Shown here one piece after another: positions 58,800 to 64,000 of a stretch of 64,000 bases of DNA. Source of the DNA: Tagaea sp. CACIAM 22H2 (GTDB lineage: Bacteria; Pseudomonadota; Alphaproteobacteria; CACIAM-22H2). The stretch's first letter is position 1. Each line of letters begins with the position of its first letter. The position numbers were made by a program, and so were the translations under genes. The notes under the pieces were generated by a model. It made no database searches and was not told the DNA's origin. It saw only the letters and a list, made by a program, of their open reading frames with translations. The stretch covers positions 7,051-71,050 of the forward strand of contig PVXE01000012.1 of the NCBI GenBank assembly GCA_014444615.1, written 5' to 3'.

Positions 58800-58984
58800 G
58801 CCCCCACGTAAGAAGGTTGCGCCGCCCCCTTGCGGGGCGGCAACAACCGGAACCTCTTCGCATATGCACCGGGAAGCTTGTTGCTTTCTGGTGCGGCGAT
58901 GCGGGCGGGCGTTGAGAGCGCGGGCGCGACCCGCTACGCTTTCCTCCGACGCGGGGGTATCACCCCGCGCGATCCAGGGATGGA

Positions 58985-61900
58985 ATGGCGATGGCTCTCC
59001 CCGCGCGCCCGCTGCTCGACGTCACACTCGACGACAAATACGTCGCCCAATCGGGGCGCGTGTATCTCACGGGCACGCAAGCCTTGGTGCGCCTCGCCTT
59101 CATGCAGCGCCGCCGCGATTTGGCCGCCGGGCTCAACACCGCGGGTTTCGTGTCGGGCTATCGCGGCTCGCCGCTGGGCGGGCTCGACCAGGCGATGTGG
59201 CAAGCGCGCCGCCACATGAAGGATCACCACATTCATTTCACGCCGGGCGTGAACGAGGAATTGGCCGCCGCCGCCGTGTGGGGCACGCAGCAGGTCAACA
59301 TGTATGACGGCGCCAAATACGACGGCGTTTTCGGCATGTGGTACGGCAAGGGCCCGGGCGTGGATCGCTGCGGCGACGTGTTCAAACACGCCAACGCGGC
59401 GGGTACGTCGCCCAATGGCGGCGTTCTGGTGCTGGCGGGCGACGACCACGCGGCGAAATCCTCGACGCTGGCGCATCAATCCGAACACGAATTCGTATCC
59501 GCGATGATGCCCGTGCTAAACCCCTCGGGCGTCCAGGAATTCCTCGATCTCGGCCTCTATGGCTGGGCGATGAGCCGTTATTCGGGCTGTTGGGTCGCGT
59601 TCAAATGCACGGGCGAGACGACGGATTCGTCCGCCTCCGTGCTGATCGACCCGCATCGCCTGAATATGGTGACGCCGACGGATTTCGAAATGCCGCCGGG
59701 CGGTTTGCATATCCGCTGGCCCGATCATTGGATCGAGCAGGAACACCGCCTGCAAAAATACAAAGTCTACGCGGCCCTCGCCTTCGCGCGCGCCAACAAG
59801 CTCGACAAGATCGTCATCGACAGTCCGAAGCCCCGTTTCGGCATCGTGACGACGGGCAAGAGCTATCTCGACGTGCGCCAAGCGCTCGACGATTTGGGCA
59901 TCGACGACGCGCTCGCCGCCCAGATCGGCCTGCGGCTTTACAAGGTGGCGATGCCCTGGCCGTTGGAGCGCGAGGGCGCGCGCCATTTCGCCGAAGGTCT
60001 CGACGAAGTTCTGGTCGTCGAGGAAAAGCGCGCGCTGATCGAGAACCAGCTGAAGGAACAGCTCTACAACTGGCGCGCCGATGTGCGCCCGCGCGTCGTC
60101 GGCAAATTCGACGAGAAGGGCAAATGGATCCTGCCCTCGGCGGGCGAATTGACGCCCGCGATGGTCGCCAAAGTGATCGCCGAGCGCCTAAAGCCCTTTT
60201 ACGATTCGCCGCGCATGCGCGAGCGCGTCGCGTTCCTGGAGCGTCAGGAACAAGCGCCCGAAGGCCATTCCTTCAAGCGCGTGCCCTATTTCTGCTCCGG
60301 CTGCCCGCATAACACGTCGACGAAAGTGCCCGAGGGCAGCCGCGCGATGGCCGGCATCGGCTGCCATTTCATGGCGCTGTGGATGGATCGCGAGACGACC
60401 ACCTTCACCAATATGGGCTGCGAGGGTGCGCCCTGGATCGGCCAGTCGCCCTTCACCGACACGAAGCACGTGTTCCAGAATTTGGGCGACGGCACGTATT
60501 TCCATTCGGGCTCGCTCGCCATCCGCGCGGCCATCGCCGCCAAGGTGAACGTCACCTACAAGCTGCTGTTCAACGACGCGGTCGCGATGACCGGCGGCCA
60601 GCCGCATGACGGGCAATTGACCGTGCCGCAGATCACGCGGATGGTCGCGGCCGAAGGCGTGAAGCGCATCGTCGTGACCAGCGACGATCCCGACAAGTAT
60701 CGCCCCGCCGATTTCGCCGGCGGCGTGGAGATCCGCCACCGCGACGAGCTCGATGCCGTGCAGAAGGATTTGCGCGACACGGCCGGCGTGACCGTGCTGA
60801 TCCACGACCAGACGTGTGCCGCCGAGAAACGCCGCCGGCGCAAGCGCGGCACCTATCCCGATCCGGACAAGCGCATCTTTATCAACGACGCGGTGTGCGA
60901 AGGCTGCGGCGATTGCTCGGTGCAGTCGAACTGCCTGTCGGTCGTGCCGGTCGAAACCGAATTCGGACGCAAGCGCGCCATCGACCAATCGAGCTGCAAC
61001 AAGGATTTCTCCTGCGTCAAAGGCTTCTGCCCGTCCTTCGTCAACGTGCTGGGCGGCAAGGTCCGCAAACCGCGCAGCAAAGCGCTCGAGTCCGGCGCCG
61101 ACCCGTTCGCGGCGTTGCCCGCCCCCGCTTTGCCGAGCAGTGCGTCGCCCTATGGCATTCTCGTGACCGGCGTGGGCGGTACCGGTGTCGTCACCATCGG
61201 CGCCTTGCTGGGCATGGCCGCGCATCTGGAAGGCAAAGGCGTGTCGGTGCTCGACATGGCGGGCCTCGCCCAAAAAGGCGGTGCGGTGCTGTCGCATATC
61301 CGCATCGCCGACGATCCGAACGATCTGCACGCCGTGCGCATCGCGGCGGGCGAAGCCAAGCTGCTGCTCGGCTGCGACATGGTCGTCGCGGCCGGGGCCG
61401 AAACGCTGGATCGAGTTCGGGTCGGCGAAACCCGCGCCGTGATCAACACGCATGAATCGCCGACCGGCGATTTCACCCGCAATCCCGATCTCGCCTTCCC
61501 CGCCGACGGGATGAAGGCCGCGATTTCCCATGCGCTGGGCCAAGGGGCGGCCGAATTCGTCGAGGCGAGCGAATTGGCGACCGCGCTGATGGGCGATTCG
61601 ATCGCGACCAACCCGTTCATGCTGGGCTATGCGTGGCAGAAGGGTACGATCCCGCTCGGCCTCGACTCGCTGATGCGCGCGATCGAGCTCAACCAAGTCG
61701 CGGTCGATGCGAACAAGCGCGCCTTCAATTGGGGGCGCCTTGCCGCCGTTGAGATCGACAAGGTGCGCGACGCCGCCAAGCCCACGCTGCCGCCGGAACG
61801 CAAACTCGCGCGCACGCTGGATGAGGTGATCGCCGCGCGCCTGCCCTATCTCGCCGCCTATCAAGACGAAACGCTCGCGCGCAAATACGAGAAGCTGGTG

Positions 61901-62473
61901 CGCGACGTCGCCGCCGCCGAAGCCGCCAAGACGCCGGGCCGTACTGGCCTCGCCATGGCCGTCGCACGCTATTACGCCAAGCTGCTCGCCTATAAGGACG
62001 AGTACGAGGTGGCACGCCTCTACAGCGACGGCACTTTCCGCAAGGCCTTGGCGCGGCAGTTCGAGGGCGACTACAAGATCGAACTCAATCTCGCCCCGCC
62101 GATGTTGAGCGAGATCGACGCCACGACCGGCCGCCCGCGCAAAAAGACCTTCGGGCCGTGGATGCTGTCGGCGCTCAGCGTGCTGGCGAAGTTCAAATTC
62201 CTGCGCGGCACGGCGTTTGACCCGTTCGGCCGCACGGACGAACGCAAAACCGAGCGCCGGTTGATCGCCGATTACGAAGCGACGATTGCCGAAGTTCTGG
62301 AGCGCCTCACGCCGGCGACGCACGAAGCCGCCGTGGGCCTCGCCTCGATCCCCGAAGAGATTCGCGGCTTTGGCCCCGTGAAGGAAACGCATATCGCCAA
62401 GGCCGAAGCGCATAAAGCGATGCTGCTCGCGCGTCTGCGCGATCCGGCGGCAAGCCTAGCCGCGGCGGAATAG
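58985..62473 (+). CDS. Indolepyruvate:ferredoxin oxidoreductase family protein (fused alpha/beta)
   Basis: SGYRGSPLGG, YFCSGCPH, TPP motif GDGTYFHSG, CEGCGDC ferredoxin, TGVGGTGV, GLAQKGG, AYKDEYEVARL. Confidence 0.93.
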   Translation: MAMALPARPLLDVTLDDKYVAQSGRVYLTGTQALVRLAFMQRRRDLAAGLNTAGFVSGYRGSPLGGLDQAMWQARRHMKDHHIHFTPGVNEELAAAAVWGTQQVNMYDGAKYDGVFGMWYGKGPGVDRCGDVFKHANAAGTSPNGGVLVLAGDDHAAKSSTLAHQSEHEFVSAMMPVLNPSGVQEFLDLGLYGWAMSRYSGCWVAFKCTGETTDSSASVLIDPHRLNMVTPTDFEMPPGGLHIRWPDHWIEQEHRLQKYKVYAALAFARANKLDKIVIDSPKPRFGIVTTGKSYLDVRQALDDLGIDDALAAQIGLRLYKVAMPWPLEREGARHFAEGLDEVLVVEEKRALIENQLKEQLYNWRADVRPRVVGKFDEKGKWILPSAGELTPAMVAKVIAERLKPFYDSPRMRERVAFLERQEQAPEGHSFKRVPYFCSGCPHNTSTKVPEGSRAMAGIGCHFMALWMDRETTTFTNMGCEGAPWIGQSPFTDTKHVFQNLGDGTYFHSGSLAIRAAIAAKVNVTYKLLFNDAVAMTGGQPHDGQLTVPQITRMVAAEGVKRIVVTSDDPDKYRPADFAGGVEIRHRDELDAVQKDLRDTAGVTVLIHDQTCAAEKRRRRKRGTYPDPDKRIFINDAVCEGCGDCSVQSNCLSVVPVETEFGRKRAIDQSSCNKDFSCVKGFCPSFVNVLGGKVRKPRSKALESGADPFAALPAPALPSSASPYGILVTGVGGTGVVTIGALLGMAAHLEGKGVSVLDMAGLAQKGGAVLSHIRIADDPNDLHAVRIAAGEAKLLLGCDMVVAAGAETLDRVRVGETRAVINTHESPTGDFTRNPDLAFPADGMKAAISHALGQGAAEFVEASELATALMGDSIATNPFMLGYAWQKGTIPLGLDSLMRAIELNQVAVDANKRAFNWGRLAAVEIDKVRDAAKPTLPPERKLARTLDEVIAARLPYLAAYQDETLARKYEKLVRDVAAAEAAKTPGRTGLAMAVARYYAKLLAYKDEYEVARLYSDGTFRKALARQFEGDYKIELNLAPPMLSEIDATTGRPRKKTFGPWMLSALSVLAKFKFLRGTAFDPFGRTDERKTERRLIADYEATIAEVLERLTPATHEAAVGLASIPEEIRGFGPVKETHIAKAEAHKAMLLARLRDPAASLAAAE

Positions 62474-62474
62474 A

Positions 62475-63179
62475 TTGTTCGTCGCCGGGGTCGATGGCTG
62501 CAAAGGCGGCTGGGTCGCCGTGTTCCGTCACGCGAAGACGGGGCGCGGCTTCGCCCGCTTCGCCCAAACGATCGCCGAGATCGTGGACGCGCCCGAGCGT
62601 CCCGCCTGGATCGCGATCGATATGCCGATGGGTTTCGCCGACGACGCGCTGAAAGGCGGGCGCGATTGCGAGAAGGCCGCGCGCGCGATTTTGGGGCCCG
62701 CCGGCCGCGCGTCTTGCGTGTTCTCGGCCCCGTGTCGCGCAGCGCTCGCGGCCAAGGACTATCCCGCCGCCAACGCGCGCAATCGCAAGGCCGCCGGGAT
62801 CGGCCTGTCGAAACAAGCGTGGAACCTTTTCCCCAAAATGCGCGAGGTCGATGCGCTGCTGCGCGCGAGACCCCAAGCGCCGATTTTCGAATCGCACCCG
62901 GAACTCTGCTTCGGCCGCTTGGCGGGCGAACCCTTGCGCGCGGCGAAGAAGACGGCGGAAGGCCGGGCGCAACGCCTTGCCCTGTTGGCGAAGGAAGGCT
63001 TCGGCGAATTGCCCGCGTGGCTCGAATTGTTCCCGCGCAAGCTGGTGGCGCCGGACGATGTGATCGACGCGGCGGTCGTGTGCCTGACTGCCTTGCGCCG
63101 CGCGAAAGGCACGGCTGAGCGCCTGCCCGTGCAGGCGCCGAAGGATCGTTACGGAATCGAAATGGCGATCTGGCGCTGA
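62475..63179 (+). CDS. DUF429 family protein (predicted RNase H-like fold)
   Basis: GVDGCKGGW, AIDMPMG, ESHPELCF, DDVIDA; 1 bp after the oxidoreductase stop. Confidence 0.85.
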   Translation: MFVAGVDGCKGGWVAVFRHAKTGRGFARFAQTIAEIVDAPERPAWIAIDMPMGFADDALKGGRDCEKAARAILGPAGRASCVFSAPCRAALAAKDYPAANARNRKAAGIGLSKQAWNLFPKMREVDALLRARPQAPIFESHPELCFGRLAGEPLRAAKKTAEGRAQRLALLAKEGFGELPAWLELFPRKLVAPDDVIDAAVVCLTALRRAKGTAERLPVQAPKDRYGIEMAIWR

Positions 63180-63189
63180 AGCGCGAAGA

Positions 63190-63441
63190 TCAGACTTCCA
63201 GCGCGCGGCGGTACAGGTCGAGCAGCTCGTCCTGCTCCTTGCGATCGGGCTCTTCCATTTTGCGCAGCTTGATCACCTGGCGCATGATCTTGGTGTCGAA
63301 GCCGTTGCCCTTGGCCTCGGCATAGACCTCGCGGATATCGGCGGCGAGATCGGCCTTTTCGGTTTCCAGCCGCTCGATGCGCTCGACGAAAGAACGCAGT
63401 TTCGCCGCCGCAATGCCGCCCTGATCGCCGCCGTCCGCCAT
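63190..63441 (-). CDS. gapR: DUF2312/UPF0335 nucleoid-associated protein GapR
   Basis: LRSFVERIERLE, DIREVYAEAKGNGFDTKIMRQVIKLRK, LLDLYRRAL. Confidence 0.9.
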   Translation of the reverse strand: MADGGDQGGIAAAKLRSFVERIERLETEKADLAADIREVYAEAKGNGFDTKIMRQVIKLRKMEEPDRKEQDELLDLYRRALEV

Positions 63442-63518
63442 GTGTTTCGCTCCGAATCCGGAAAGTCAGTCGCGAGGATGTAGCGGACCCAAGCCCCCCG
63501 GCGCCAGAGGCTTGAGCC

Positions 63519-63536
63519 TGTGGATAACGGGGATAG
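63519..63536. promoter_or_regulatory. DnaA box pair upstream of gapR
   Basis: Minus strand CTATCCCCG directly followed by the perfect box TTATCCACA. Confidence 0.6.
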
Positions 63537-63541
63537 CGGGC

Positions 63542-64000
63542 CTAAACGACGGGCGGTGGCGTGTAATCGCGCACGATGGGGGGAATCCGGCCTTCCTCGA
63601 TGCCGTGGCAGGCGACCATCGTACCGGTCGGCGACGGCTTCGAGACCGGCCGTTCGGCGGCGCAACGCTCGTTCGCGAAGGGGCAGCGCGGATGGAAGGC
63701 GCAGCCCGTGGGCGGATTGATCGGGTTGGGCACCTCGCCCGCGACCGGCGTGCGCGGGCGGCCCGACATGTCGAGGTCGGGGATCGCGTCGAGCAGCATG
63801 CGCGTATAGGGGTGCTGCGGACGGTTGAAGATCGCCTTCTTGTCGCCGATCTCGACCAAGCGGCCGAGATACATCACGCCCACGCGGTCGGAGATGTAAT
63901 AGACGACCGCAAGATTGTGGCTGATGAAGAGGTACGTGAGCCCCAGATCGCGCTGGAGCTGCTTCATCAGATTCAGGATCTGCGCCTGCACCGAAACGTC
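63542..64000 (-). CDS. Oligopeptide/dipeptide ABC transporter ATP-binding protein (5' part outside the window)
   Basis: DVSVQAQILNL, YLFISHNL, VMYLGRLVE, PQHPYT, GCAFHPRC. Confidence 0.92.
   Translation of the reverse strand, partial: DVSVQAQILNLMKQLQRDLGLTYLFISHNLAVVYYISDRVGVMYLGRLVEIGDKKAIFNRPQHPYTRMLLDAIPDLDMSGRPRTPVAGEVPNPINPPTGCAFHPRCPFANERCAAERPVSKPSPTGTMVACHGIEEGRIPPIVRDYTPPPVV

Overview
GC-rich alphaproteobacterial chromosome segment (gene content looks Rhodospirillales-like; inferred). It is mostly core and housekeeping genes: uvrD-prmA, a sahR-metF-split metH methionine operon, mlaA-mlaC, ettA, a COG0523 metallochaperone, yqeY-dnaG-rpoD-tRNA(CAT), msrP, lrp / ELM1-trxB-lsrB(vtlR), msrQ, trpE(G) with a Trp leader peptide, a fused indolepyruvate oxidoreductase and gapR. 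I found no integrase, transposase, CRISPR array or rRNA. Best leads: (1) an unannotated ~140-nt small RNA with anti-Shine-Dalgarno loops directly downstream of the LsrB/VtlR-type LysR gene, sharing a TGCG-N5-CGCA box with the trxB upstream region; (2) a CBS-DUF294 nucleotidyltransferase paired with a membrane-anchored DEDDh exonuclease inside a carboxylate-uptake locus, a possible writer/eraser signalling module; (3) a 37-47 kb envelope-modification cluster with a degenerate direct repeat (duplicated MBOAT tail plus FNR/FixK-like box) in front of each of two 2OG-Fe(II) oxygenases; (4) msrP and msrQ placed as if separated by a ~17-kb inversion; (5) matching tandem DnaA-box pairs upstream of dnaG and gapR. 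All protein calls come from motif recognition by eye; no database search was run.
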